Positions 1 to 8,071 of a stretch of DNA of 32,000 nucleotides are shown in pieces. Source of the DNA: Ruminococcus albus 7 = DSM 20455 (GTDB lineage Bacteria; Bacillota; Clostridia; Oscillospirales; Ruminococcaceae); assembly GCF_000179635.2 (NCBI RefSeq), contig NC_014833.1, positions 1,200,001 through 1,232,000 on the forward strand. The letters run 5' to 3'. Each line of letters begins with the position of its first letter. The first letter of the stretch is position 1. The position numbers and the translations under genes were made by a program. Under the pieces are notes generated by a model, which did not search any database, had not been told where the DNA came from, and saw only the letters and a program-made list of their open reading frames with translations.

Positions 1-2
1 CT

Positions 3-1949
3 GCAGTAGCTGCAACAACAGATGACTGCAACGACGACTGGCTGCAGGCAAAGGGCAGCAGACTTTACGACAAAAACGGCAACGAGGTATGGCTGACCGG
101 TGCAAACTGGTTCGGTTTCAACTGCAGCGAGGCTTGCCCTCACTACCTCTGGAGTGCTGACGCTGATGACTGTCTGAAAGAGATAGCAGACCGCGGCATC
201 AACATTATCCGTTTCCCTGTTTCTTCCGAGCTTCTCGTTTCATGGATGAAGGGCAAGCCAATGCCCGTAAGCAGCTTCTCCTGCAACACAGACCCTGCTT
301 ACACCATCAATGCTGACTTCTGCGAAGCAGACGGAAAAACAGCAAAGAACAGTATGGAAGTATTCGATATCATGATGCAGAAATGCAAGAAGTACGGTAT
401 CAAGGCTTTCATCGATGTTCACAGCCCACATACTGACAATTCAGGTCATAACTACAACCTCTGGTATGGCAAGGCAGGCGTAACTACTGATGTATGGATA
501 GAGTCACTGGTATGGCTTGCTGACAAGTATAAGAATGATGACACACTTCTCGCTTATGACCTCAAGAACGAGCCTCACGGCAAGGGTCAGGAAGGCGATG
601 AAGCAGCTAAGTGGGACGGTTCCAAGGATGAGAACAACTGGGCTTATGCTGCGACAAGATGCGCAGACGCTATACTTGACGTTAACCCCAATGCACTCAT
701 ACTCGTTGAAGGTGTTGAGCAGTCGATGAGCGGCGCTCAGGCAGGCGACTACTGGGGTATGCCCGACAGAAGAGACAACTCACCTTACATTGGCGCATGG
801 TGGGGCGGTAACTTCCGCGGCGCAAGAAAGTATCCTATCAAGCCCGAGCATGGTACATCTCAGATAGTTTACTCGCCTCATGACTACGGCCCTTCTGTTT
901 ATGCACAGACATGGTTCAATAAGGATTTTACAGAGGAAACTCTTCTGAAAGATTACTGGTATGATACATGGGCATATATCAATGCTGAAGAGATAGGTCC
1001 TGAGCTTATCGGTGAGTGGGGCGGTCATATGGACGGCAAGGAGAACCAGAAGTGGATGACTCTTCTTCGTGACTACATGATCAAGCACCACATCAGCCAT
1101 ACATTCTGGTGCCTCAATACGAACTCCGGCGATACAGGCGGACTCTGGGATGGTCTTGGATTCATGGCAGGCAGCGGTACATCTATCAAGTGGAACGAGC
1201 CTAAGTATGAGCTCTTCGAGAAGGCTCTCTGGCAGACAGCTACTTCCGGCAAGTACATCGGTCTTGACCATCAGGTAGCACTGGGTAAGAACGGTATCTC
1301 CCTGAATGAGTTCTATTCAAAGTATTCATCTACTGAGGGCAGCAACCTTGACGGCGGAAAGAAATCTCCTGGTAATGTTAACAATGATACACCTGTTGTT
1401 CAGAGCATCAAGGTTTCGTACACTGCTGTTGAAGGTGGTGCAAACCTCAGCTGGAACAAGATAAGCAACGCTGATAAGTATGCTGTATACCAGAACGTTA
1501 ACGGTTCCTGGAAGCAGGTTGCCGAAACAACAGGCACTTCCTATAACTGGACAGGTCTGACCTATGGTACTAACTACAAGGTAGCTGTCGTTGCAAGAGT
1601 CAATAATGCATGGACTAATGATTATTCCAATGCTATCACTGTAACTCCCAAGCAGACAACTTCCAACACTGATGATTATCCTAAGAACGTTAAGGCTAAT
1701 TACAACACTCAGTATCATCAGGTACAGTTCACATGGGACAAGGTACAGGGTGCTGACAAGTACGGCATAGCTGTATATCTGGCAGGCAAGTGGAGAGTTC
1801 AGACTTCCAACATCACAACCAACAGCTTTGTAACACCCAAGAACCTCACCCCCGGCATGACCTACAAGGTAGCCGTTGCGGCAAGAGTAGGTGGAAAGTG
1901 GAACACAGCCGATCCTATCAAGAACGCTATAACTGTTACTATTAAGTAA
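3..1949 (+). CDS. Glycoside hydrolase family 5 endoglucanase (cellulase), 5'-truncated by the window edge, with two C-terminal ~85-aa beta-sandwich (Fn3-like) modules
   Basis: The frame of ORF 246..1949 stays open back to nt 3 (AVAATTDDCNDDWLQAKGSRLYDKNGNEVWLTGANWFGFN...). GH5 hallmarks are present: NEPHG (acid/base Glu) and GEWGG (nucleophile Glu). Tandem modules at ~1392-1652 and ~1677-1946 share ADKY...YKVAV.ARV...NAITVT. Confidence 0.9.
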   Translation, partial: AVAATTDDCNDDWLQAKGSRLYDKNGNEVWLTGANWFGFNCSEACPHYLWSADADDCLKEIADRGINIIRFPVSSELLVSWMKGKPMPVSSFSCNTDPAYTINADFCEADGKTAKNSMEVFDIMMQKCKKYGIKAFIDVHSPHTDNSGHNYNLWYGKAGVTTDVWIESLVWLADKYKNDDTLLAYDLKNEPHGKGQEGDEAAKWDGSKDENNWAYAATRCADAILDVNPNALILVEGVEQSMSGAQAGDYWGMPDRRDNSPYIGAWWGGNFRGARKYPIKPEHGTSQIVYSPHDYGPSVYAQTWFNKDFTEETLLKDYWYDTWAYINAEEIGPELIGEWGGHMDGKENQKWMTLLRDYMIKHHISHTFWCLNTNSGDTGGLWDGLGFMAGSGTSIKWNEPKYELFEKALWQTATSGKYIGLDHQVALGKNGISLNEFYSKYSSTEGSNLDGGKKSPGNVNNDTPVVQSIKVSYTAVEGGANLSWNKISNADKYAVYQNVNGSWKQVAETTGTSYNWTGLTYGTNYKVAVVARVNNAWTNDYSNAITVTPKQTTSNTDDYPKNVKANYNTQYHQVQFTWDKVQGADKYGIAVYLAGKWRVQTSNITTNSFVTPKNLTPGMTYKVAVAARVGGKWNTADPIKNAITVTIK

Positions 1950-1977
1950 TTGCGATAGTTCATGATAATAAAGAAAG

Positions 1978-2012
1978 ACCGTCGATCCGTTTGTAGGATC
2001 GGCGGTTTTTCC
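1978..2012. terminator. Bidirectional rho-independent terminator between the convergent cellulase genes
   Basis: Hairpin ACCGTCGATCC-gtttgta-GGATCGGCGGT (one G.T pair). It is followed by TTTTT on the + strand and by a T-rich run on the - strand. It lies between the stops at 1949 and 2030. Confidence 0.65.
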
Positions 2013-2029
2013 TTTCCGCTTTTCAGCGG

Positions 2030-4753
2030 TCATTCTTTGTTTTGATTCTGCATTTTCAGCTTGGTCATCTTGTATATGAATATCTCGGTGGCTACTACAA
2101 GTATTATAACAGCCCCTGCAATAAGCCCTATGAAAAGTATCTTGCTGTCACTGCCTGCCTTTATATTTTCTTTGGTGTTAGCGTCAGTATTCTCATCATC
2201 ATCACTCGCGGATTTCTTTGTTTTGTTCTCAGCCTTGTTTTTGTCAGCCTTTTCTTCGTCATAGGTGGACTTTTCAGCAGGCTCAGCATCACCGCCGTTG
2301 TTTTCTTTTCCTATGTCTTTGCCTCCCTCGCCGGGTTTTATGTCGGCGTTAAGTGCAGAGAAGGCTGTGAGCCATGCAAGTGAAGCGTTCCAGTTTATAG
2401 TACACTCGTTGCAGCTCCATGCTTCTATGGAGTCAACATAGCACTTCTGGGGAGCTATCTCGCCTTTTTTCCAACCCATGCCCTTTACCCAGGGGTCCTG
2501 CATACCCGAGTTTGGTCCGCCCGAGAGTACTCCGCAGGGCGCTTTCGGGAATTTGTCATCTATCTGGTTTGACCACCAGCGGTGATGTGGATTTTCCGTG
2601 GTGTGACTGCCGTAGCCCGTAACATAGGAATAGTCCATAGCATTTCGTCCAAGCAGATAGTCAAGACCCTGTAATGCACCGTCAGTATAGCTGTCGTCCT
2701 CGTTGAGTACAGCCGCATAAGCAAGTACGATTGCGTTATCTGCTACGAATGAGTTCGAGCCCCAGAGGTATCCCTTGTCGCTGTCGTTGTAGCTAAGGGT
2801 GCTCTGCCCGTAGGGAAGCCCGTAGCCCTGCTTTTCTTCTAAAGTGATATAGTGGTCAGCTGCTTCTCTCAGTGACTTTTCAGCTTCGTCCGCATCATCG
2901 AAGGTGTTCTCGTTCAGCAGTGCCGTAAATGTACCCAGTGCTGCGGTATTTCCCCAGTCGAAAGTACCTGTGCTGTCAACACTCTCGCCGCTGCCCATAG
3001 AAACAGGCACCGACATATAGTAGTCTGACTTCTCTGCATCCTTCAGGTAATCCTTCTCCCCTGTGGCAGCATAAAGCTCCATGGCAGCCCAGTAGAATTC
3101 ATCTTCAACGTCATTATCTCCGTAAGCACCGCCGCCCACGCTCTCATCGAGGGGAGCGTACATCTCGGGGTGCTTTTTAGCCGCCGCGTAGGCTTTCTCG
3201 GCAGCTTCAAGGCAGGTATCCGCGAAATCACTGTCGAGGTCTTCCCAAAGTCTTGCAGACTGTGCCGCGCAGGCAGCAAGATTCAGCGTTGCCGCTGTGG
3301 TAGGCGGCTTGATTATCCTGTTCTTGTCATCGTCCGCAGGGGCAACTCCAAGACCTGTCCAGGTCTCATCGTGAGCCTTGTGGTAAGCCATGCCCTCGTA
3401 TTCGCTGGTATCTAGCTGCATTTTCAGCATCCATTCCATTTCCCACCTTGCTTCGTCCAGCAGGTCGGGGAAGCCGTTGCCGCTTTCTGGTATTATCATT
3501 GAACCGTCAGCGAATATATCTTCATTACCGGTATATACAAAAAACTCGTAGAGGTTCTGCAGCATCCACAGGGAAAGTCCGCCGTTTACGGTATACTTGC
3601 CGTGGTCGCCCGCATCGTACCAGCCGCCTGTCACATCGACTCTGCCGCTTGTTGCGCTGTAACCCCATGTGTGCTGTATCTCGGCATCATCAGAGGTATG
3701 TCCGGCCGCACGGGCAAGGTCTGATTTGTCACCAGAACTTATATACTCGCTCTCTATCTCGATGCCGCTGCGGTTCTGGTAGAAATAATTCAGCGAATCA
3801 TACAGCAGTGCCGAGTAATCGCTGACTTCATCCGCCGCGAATACTTTAAATTCTCGGCTCTCAGCACCGTTGTCAGCTTCTATATGGAAAGTTCCGCTCT
3901 CATCAAGCTCTGAAAAGTCTATGATATGAACAGTGTCCTCAGAATCCTCATCGTAGCCGAAATATTCACTTTTGCCCTCATAAACTGTCTTGCCCGAATC
4001 GTCAACCACCTCAAAGCCGATTGCGTCCTTATCGGTGCACAGGAGAGTTGCTTTCTTTTCACGCTTTGCAAAATAACCCACCTGATTTGTGAGGATATCC
4101 GCACGTACCCATTTCTCGGGTACCTGATAATCGTTCTCGTCACTTGTAAGGTCTATGAGCGACATATTATCAAAGGTTATCTCAGTGCCCGCAGGGAAGC
4201 ATCCGCCCTGAGTATACTGACCGTCACCGCCCAGATGGAATGCCCATTCGGCAACATCAAGGGACTGGCTTGCGGTAAAGGTGAGTTCCACCTTTTTTGT
4301 CTCCTTTGCGCTTATTGGTATCGGGTCCCATGTTCCGTCAAGGTCATAACCGTTGGACATATTGTGCCATACCTCAACATCGCCGTCAAGGTTGCCTATC
4401 TTGGTATAGTATTTGCCGCTCTTTGAAGGCGTTATCTCGTAGGATACCTTGTACTGATGTCCCGATACTATCTTCAGTCCTCTGTGGCGGAACTGGCAGT
4501 CCCACCTGTCTTCACCGCCGTTTGAGGCACCGCCAGGGTTCACGATGGTTATTTTGTATTTCCCGTCAGAGATATCGAAGTCCATTTCGGCTGTTCTTGA
4601 TTCACAAATGTGCCAGGGAAGTCCTACTCCGTCATCGAAATCTGTCTGCCCGAGCTGCTGTCCCGCAAATACACACAAGGGTGCAGCGCTGTTCAAAAAC
4701 AGTACCGATGCTGCGGCGGCAGAAGCGATACGTTTTGTTGGTCTGATAAACAT
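2030..4753 (-). CDS. Glycoside hydrolase family 9 endoglucanase: signal peptide, CBM4/9-like module, Ig-like (CelD_N-type) module, GH9 catalytic domain, charged linker and a C-terminal transmembrane anchor
   Basis: 907-aa ORF with a GGAGGT RBS 9 nt upstream of the ATG. N-terminus is MFIRPTKRIASAAAASVLFLNSAAPLCVFA. GH9 motifs GGWYDAGDHGKY, HHRWW and ECTINWNASLAWL are present. The C-terminus is a K/D/E/N-rich linker, then ILFIGLIAGAVIILVVATEIFIY, then KMTKLKMQNQNKE. Confidence 0.92.
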   Translation of the reverse strand: MFIRPTKRIASAAAASVLFLNSAAPLCVFAGQQLGQTDFDDGVGLPWHICESRTAEMDFDISDGKYKITIVNPGGASNGGEDRWDCQFRHRGLKIVSGHQYKVSYEITPSKSGKYYTKIGNLDGDVEVWHNMSNGYDLDGTWDPIPISAKETKKVELTFTASQSLDVAEWAFHLGGDGQYTQGGCFPAGTEITFDNMSLIDLTSDENDYQVPEKWVRADILTNQVGYFAKREKKATLLCTDKDAIGFEVVDDSGKTVYEGKSEYFGYDEDSEDTVHIIDFSELDESGTFHIEADNGAESREFKVFAADEVSDYSALLYDSLNYFYQNRSGIEIESEYISSGDKSDLARAAGHTSDDAEIQHTWGYSATSGRVDVTGGWYDAGDHGKYTVNGGLSLWMLQNLYEFFVYTGNEDIFADGSMIIPESGNGFPDLLDEARWEMEWMLKMQLDTSEYEGMAYHKAHDETWTGLGVAPADDDKNRIIKPPTTAATLNLAACAAQSARLWEDLDSDFADTCLEAAEKAYAAAKKHPEMYAPLDESVGGGAYGDNDVEDEFYWAAMELYAATGEKDYLKDAEKSDYYMSVPVSMGSGESVDSTGTFDWGNTAALGTFTALLNENTFDDADEAEKSLREAADHYITLEEKQGYGLPYGQSTLSYNDSDKGYLWGSNSFVADNAIVLAYAAVLNEDDSYTDGALQGLDYLLGRNAMDYSYVTGYGSHTTENPHHRWWSNQIDDKFPKAPCGVLSGGPNSGMQDPWVKGMGWKKGEIAPQKCYVDSIEAWSCNECTINWNASLAWLTAFSALNADIKPGEGGKDIGKENNGGDAEPAEKSTYDEEKADKNKAENKTKKSASDDDENTDANTKENIKAGSDSKILFIGLIAGAVIILVVATEIFIYKMTKLKMQNQNKE

Positions 4754-4800
4754 TTTAAAAATACCTCCATTTTTCTGACCTGTGTATAGTCACAGTAATG

Positions 4801-4829
4801 ATTATAACACATTATTAATCGAATGTAAA
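4801..4829 (-). promoter_or_regulatory. Sigma-A-type promoter for the GH9 gene
   Basis: Minus strand reads TTTACA - 17 nt - TATAAT, with an extended -10 (TGTTATAAT). It lies ~45 nt upstream of the ATG at 4753. Confidence 0.5.
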
Positions 4830-4992
4830 GCGGCTGATATGTATTTTTTTCAGGATTATTTGTGATGATGACAGCAAAAGTACGATAATATGAAATATAC
4901 AATATGCAATACAACGTATATGATATATAAGTGAAATTTGTGCTGAATATGAAAATATTATATTTATTATATTGATCATATGTTATTTTTGA

Positions 4993-5021
4993 TTGACTTT
5001 TTTTCTGCTTTGCTGTATAAT
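4993..5021 (+). promoter_or_regulatory. Sigma-A-type promoter preceding a ~335-nt leader of the GGDEF-EAL gene
   Basis: TTGACT (4993-4998) - 17 nt - TATAAT (5016-5021). Confidence 0.55.
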
Positions 5022-5362
5022 AGTATAGGGTATGTAAGCCTGATATAAATGTGGTGGTAAAGTTCTGTGTCAGGATATGGGTGAAATATTTTCAGATAAT
5101 GATGCATAGGGAAGTGATAGTAATGATTCTTCAGGAGTTGGCAGACAGTTTTTCTACTATGACCTGTATCGTATCCGTCAAGTACAATGTCGGAAGATAT
5201 GGTGATGTAAACAAAGTTCCAGTAAACAACGGTTCCCGCGGTATTATGACAGGGAAAATGTTTAAGACCAGAGGCTTTAATATGGAACACCAAGAAAGAA
5301 AACACGGATAGGAGAATTTAAAAAACAGCAAAAATATCGTGGATTTTATCGAGGTGTACACA

Positions 5363-7099
5363 ATGAAACATGAAAATAAGGCTACAAATAATTTACAGAA
5401 TACGCTGGAGGATCTTTCGGGAGGCAAAAAAGCATCCAAAAGTCTCTTTGTGTTATTGCTCATATCGTATATAGGGGTATCGCTGATAGTAAGTATGTCA
5501 GCAGGGTCACATAAGGTGATGAATGTCGCAGGTACTGAAATAGGTATGTATGCTTTTGCAGGTGTGTTCTCGGCACTGGTGAACATACTGGCTATATTCA
5601 TGGCGGTGTATTTCAAGAAAGTGGGATTCATATCAGCCATCGTTCTGACCGGGCTGCAGTTTCCATCGCTTTTGGTCGGAATATTCAAGCATGATAATCT
5701 GCAGAGTCTGCCCGGGGTGTTTACGAATGTCCTTACGATAATCGCTTTGCTGATAATATACATAAATAATGTGAGGATAGAGCGCTTTCAGGAAAAGATA
5801 AGGGATCAGGCAGTAACGGACAGGCTTACTGGTCTGCCGAACAGATTTGCCTGCCGTGAGCTGGTAGACTCTCTGTTGAAACAGAATGAAAGATTTGCGG
5901 TGGTGTCAATAGATCTGAATAATTTCAAAAGCATCAATGACACTATGGGACATGAAAACGGCAACAAGGTACTTGTGACCATAGCTGAAAGATGGAAAGC
6001 TTTGGCAGAAAGCGGAGAAACTGGTACTCTGGATTTTGTGACCAGACAGGGCGATGATGAATTCACCCTGATAATACGAGGCTACTATTACGAGAAAGAC
6101 ATAGCTGCTACGATAAAGCTTTATCGTGAACGGCTAGAAAAAAAGATAACCATAGATGACTGTGATTTCTATATAAGGGGAAGCTTCGGCTATGCCTTTT
6201 ATCCCAATGATACGGATAATATAGATCATCTGTTTACTTATGCCGATGCTGCTATGCATGAGGTCAAAAGGCTCAACAGCAGCGAATGCATACTCAGATT
6301 CTTCAAGGAACAGCTCAAGCTGGAACGCACCCTGGATATCGAGCGCAAGATAAGAAAAGCACTGGATGATGATTCAATATTCTTTGAACTGCAGCCGCAG
6401 TATGATATGTCATACCAACTGCGCGGATTTGAAGCACTGGCACGAATGAAGGATGCAGACGGTAATGATATAAAACCATCAGAATTTATCCCCGTGGCTG
6501 AAAAGGTAGGGCTGGTAGACAAGGTGGATCTTTGTGTGTTCAGGCAGTCAGCAAAATTTTTCGGTGAGCTTGTAAGGAAAACGGGTGCCAATATCACACT
6601 GAGTATAAATATCTCCGTCAGACACCTGATGAAGAACGATTTTCTTGATGAAGTCATTTCGATAATAACATCAAGCGGTATCCCTGCAGGGCAGCTGGAG
6701 ATAGAGATAACAGAATCGGTGCTTATAGATTCGGCAGAAAAGGCTCTCCAGTGCATAAACGAGATCAAGAAGATGGGCATAAAGATAGCCATAGATGATT
6801 TTGGTACGGGCTATTCTTCGCTCAGCTATCTTTACAATTTCCCTGCAGATCTTCTGAAGGTCGATAAGTCGTTCATCGACAATATGAATACCAACAGATC
6901 TTCAAAGCAGTATGTAGCAGCTATAATCTCCATCGGTCATATCATGAAATACGATGTTATCTCAGAAGGCGTTGAAAAGGAAGACCAGCTTGAGACCCTT
7001 AAAGAGATCGGATGCGATTACATACAGGGCTTCATCTGGGGCAGACCGCTTTCAATGGTGGAAGCCGAAAATATCGTTATGAGCGAAGTGTGCAAATAA
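5363..7099 (+). CDS. Membrane-bound GGDEF(degenerate)-EAL protein, predicted c-di-GMP phosphodiesterase
   Basis: N-terminal multi-TM region. GGDEF-domain start is RLTGLPNRF, but the active-site motif reads GDDEF (6050-6064). The EAL domain is intact: GFEALAR (EAL at 6431-6439), DDFGTGYSSLSYL, KVDKSF, EGVE, QGF. I prefer the ATG at 5363 (GAGGTG RBS 7 nt upstream) over the ORF-track GTG at 5339. Confidence 0.88.
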   Translation: MKHENKATNNLQNTLEDLSGGKKASKSLFVLLLISYIGVSLIVSMSAGSHKVMNVAGTEIGMYAFAGVFSALVNILAIFMAVYFKKVGFISAIVLTGLQFPSLLVGIFKHDNLQSLPGVFTNVLTIIALLIIYINNVRIERFQEKIRDQAVTDRLTGLPNRFACRELVDSLLKQNERFAVVSIDLNNFKSINDTMGHENGNKVLVTIAERWKALAESGETGTLDFVTRQGDDEFTLIIRGYYYEKDIAATIKLYRERLEKKITIDDCDFYIRGSFGYAFYPNDTDNIDHLFTYADAAMHEVKRLNSSECILRFFKEQLKLERTLDIERKIRKALDDDSIFFELQPQYDMSYQLRGFEALARMKDADGNDIKPSEFIPVAEKVGLVDKVDLCVFRQSAKFFGELVRKTGANITLSINISVRHLMKNDFLDEVISIITSSGIPAGQLEIEITESVLIDSAEKALQCINEIKKMGIKIAIDDFGTGYSSLSYLYNFPADLLKVDKSFIDNMNTNRSSKQYVAAIISIGHIMKYDVISEGVEKEDQLETLKEIGCDYIQGFIWGRPLSMVEAENIVMSEVCK

Positions 7100-7111
7100 G
7101 CAAATAATAAT

Positions 7112-7143
7112 TCCCCGACTTGTGAAAGTATACAGGTCGGGGA
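7112..7143. terminator. Bidirectional terminator hairpin between the convergent GGDEF-EAL and fruK genes
   Basis: TCCCCGACTTGT-gaaagtat-ACAGGTCGGGGA (one mismatch). A/T-rich runs flank it on both sides. Confidence 0.55.
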
Positions 7144-7169
7144 TAATTTATATGTTTTTAATTACATGG

Positions 7170-8069
7170 TCATAGCTGTCCGAGCAGTTCTGATATGAGT
7201 GCAGATGATGCAAGACCGTCAGAGAATGCTGTAGCACCGCCTGCTGCAGTACCGAGCTTAATGGCGTATTCATAGTCGCCTTCTGCTGACCCTGCTATAA
7301 ATCCTGCCAGCATGGAATCTCCTGCACCTACTGAATTTTTCACAGTGCCGCGGCACACTCCGCAGATGTGGGTCTTTCCGTTCTTATCGAGCAGTATTGC
7401 ACCGTCACCTGCCATAGATACAAGAACGTTCTGAGCGCCGAGTTTCTGCAGTCTGCCGGCATATTCTATTATATCCTCGGTGGAAGTCAGGGTAACGCCG
7501 AACATCTCACCGAGTTCAAAATTATTTGGCTTTACCACAAAGGGCTTGTATTTCAGTACATTCATCAGAAGCTTGCCCGTGGCATCAACAGCGGTCTTTA
7601 TATCTCTGCCTTCAAGACGTGCCAGGATACGCTCGTAGATATCTCGGGGAAGACTAGCAGGGATACTGCCGGCCAGGACCAGTGTGTCACCGTCCTTTAC
7701 AGCATCGGTCTTCTCAAAAAGCTTTTCCAGAGAGATCTCATCGATATCGGGCCCCTGAGCGTTTATCTCAGATTCCTCCGAAGCCTTTATCTTGACATTT
7801 ATGCGTGAATCACCCTTCGGCAGCCTGACGAAATCAGCCTCAATACCCATAGCTGCAACGCCCTTTTCAATGGCTTCTCCCGTGAAGCCTGCAGTGAAAC
7901 CCAGTGCACGCGACTGCACTCCAAGTTCTTTGAGTACAGCCGAAACATTTATTCCCTTGCCGCCGAAATACATTTCCTCAGCTGTTGTACGGTTGACCTC
8001 ACCTGCCCTGAATGCATCCATGTGAACAACGTAGTCAATGGCAGGGTTGAAAGTTACTGTGTATACCAT
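7170..8069 (-). CDS. fruK: 1-phosphofructokinase (PfkB/ribokinase family; FruK/LacC-like)
   Basis: 299 aa. MVYTVTFNPAIDYVV...GGKGINVS... N-terminus and the C-terminal GAGDSMLAGF motif are typical of FruK-type sugar-phosphate kinases. An AGGAGG RBS lies inside the end of the upstream gene. Confidence 0.78.
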   Translation of the reverse strand: MVYTVTFNPAIDYVVHMDAFRAGEVNRTTAEEMYFGGKGINVSAVLKELGVQSRALGFTAGFTGEAIEKGVAAMGIEADFVRLPKGDSRINVKIKASEESEINAQGPDIDEISLEKLFEKTDAVKDGDTLVLAGSIPASLPRDIYERILARLEGRDIKTAVDATGKLLMNVLKYKPFVVKPNNFELGEMFGVTLTSTEDIIEYAGRLQKLGAQNVLVSMAGDGAILLDKNGKTHICGVCRGTVKNSVGAGDSMLAGFIAGSAEGDYEYAIKLGTAAGGATAFSDGLASSALISELLGQL

Positions 8070-8071
8070 TA

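Noticed and set aside
2033-2160. An LPXTG sortase signal or a dockerin at the C-terminus of the GH9 enzyme.
   Set aside because: No LPXTG-like pentapeptide precedes the TM helix; the preceding sequence is ...IKAGSDSK. No duplicated Ca-binding dockerin segments are present. The tail is reported instead as an unexplained anchor.
5048-5062. A T-box-like string, TGGTGGTAAAG, in the GGDEF-EAL leader.
   Set aside because: It only partly resembles the T-box core (GGTGGTACCGCG). It sits at the 5' end of the leader rather than next to a terminator/antiterminator. No specifier-loop architecture is present, and the downstream gene is unrelated to amino-acid metabolism.
5025-5362. A possible c-di-GMP riboswitch (class I or II) upstream of a c-di-GMP enzyme gene.
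   Set aside because: I could not find the conserved GEMM elements (paired hairpins with GNRA tetraloop/receptor and ACGCA...GCAAAGCC-type strings) or class II signatures by eye. The region is kept only as an unexplained long leader.
4976-5763. Minus-strand ORFs 4976..5305 and 5131..5763, which overlap the leader and the 5' end of the GGDEF-EAL gene.
   Set aside because: They lie in an AT-rich region with no RBS. They run antisense to a well-supported gene and across its promoter, and the peptides have no recognisable features.
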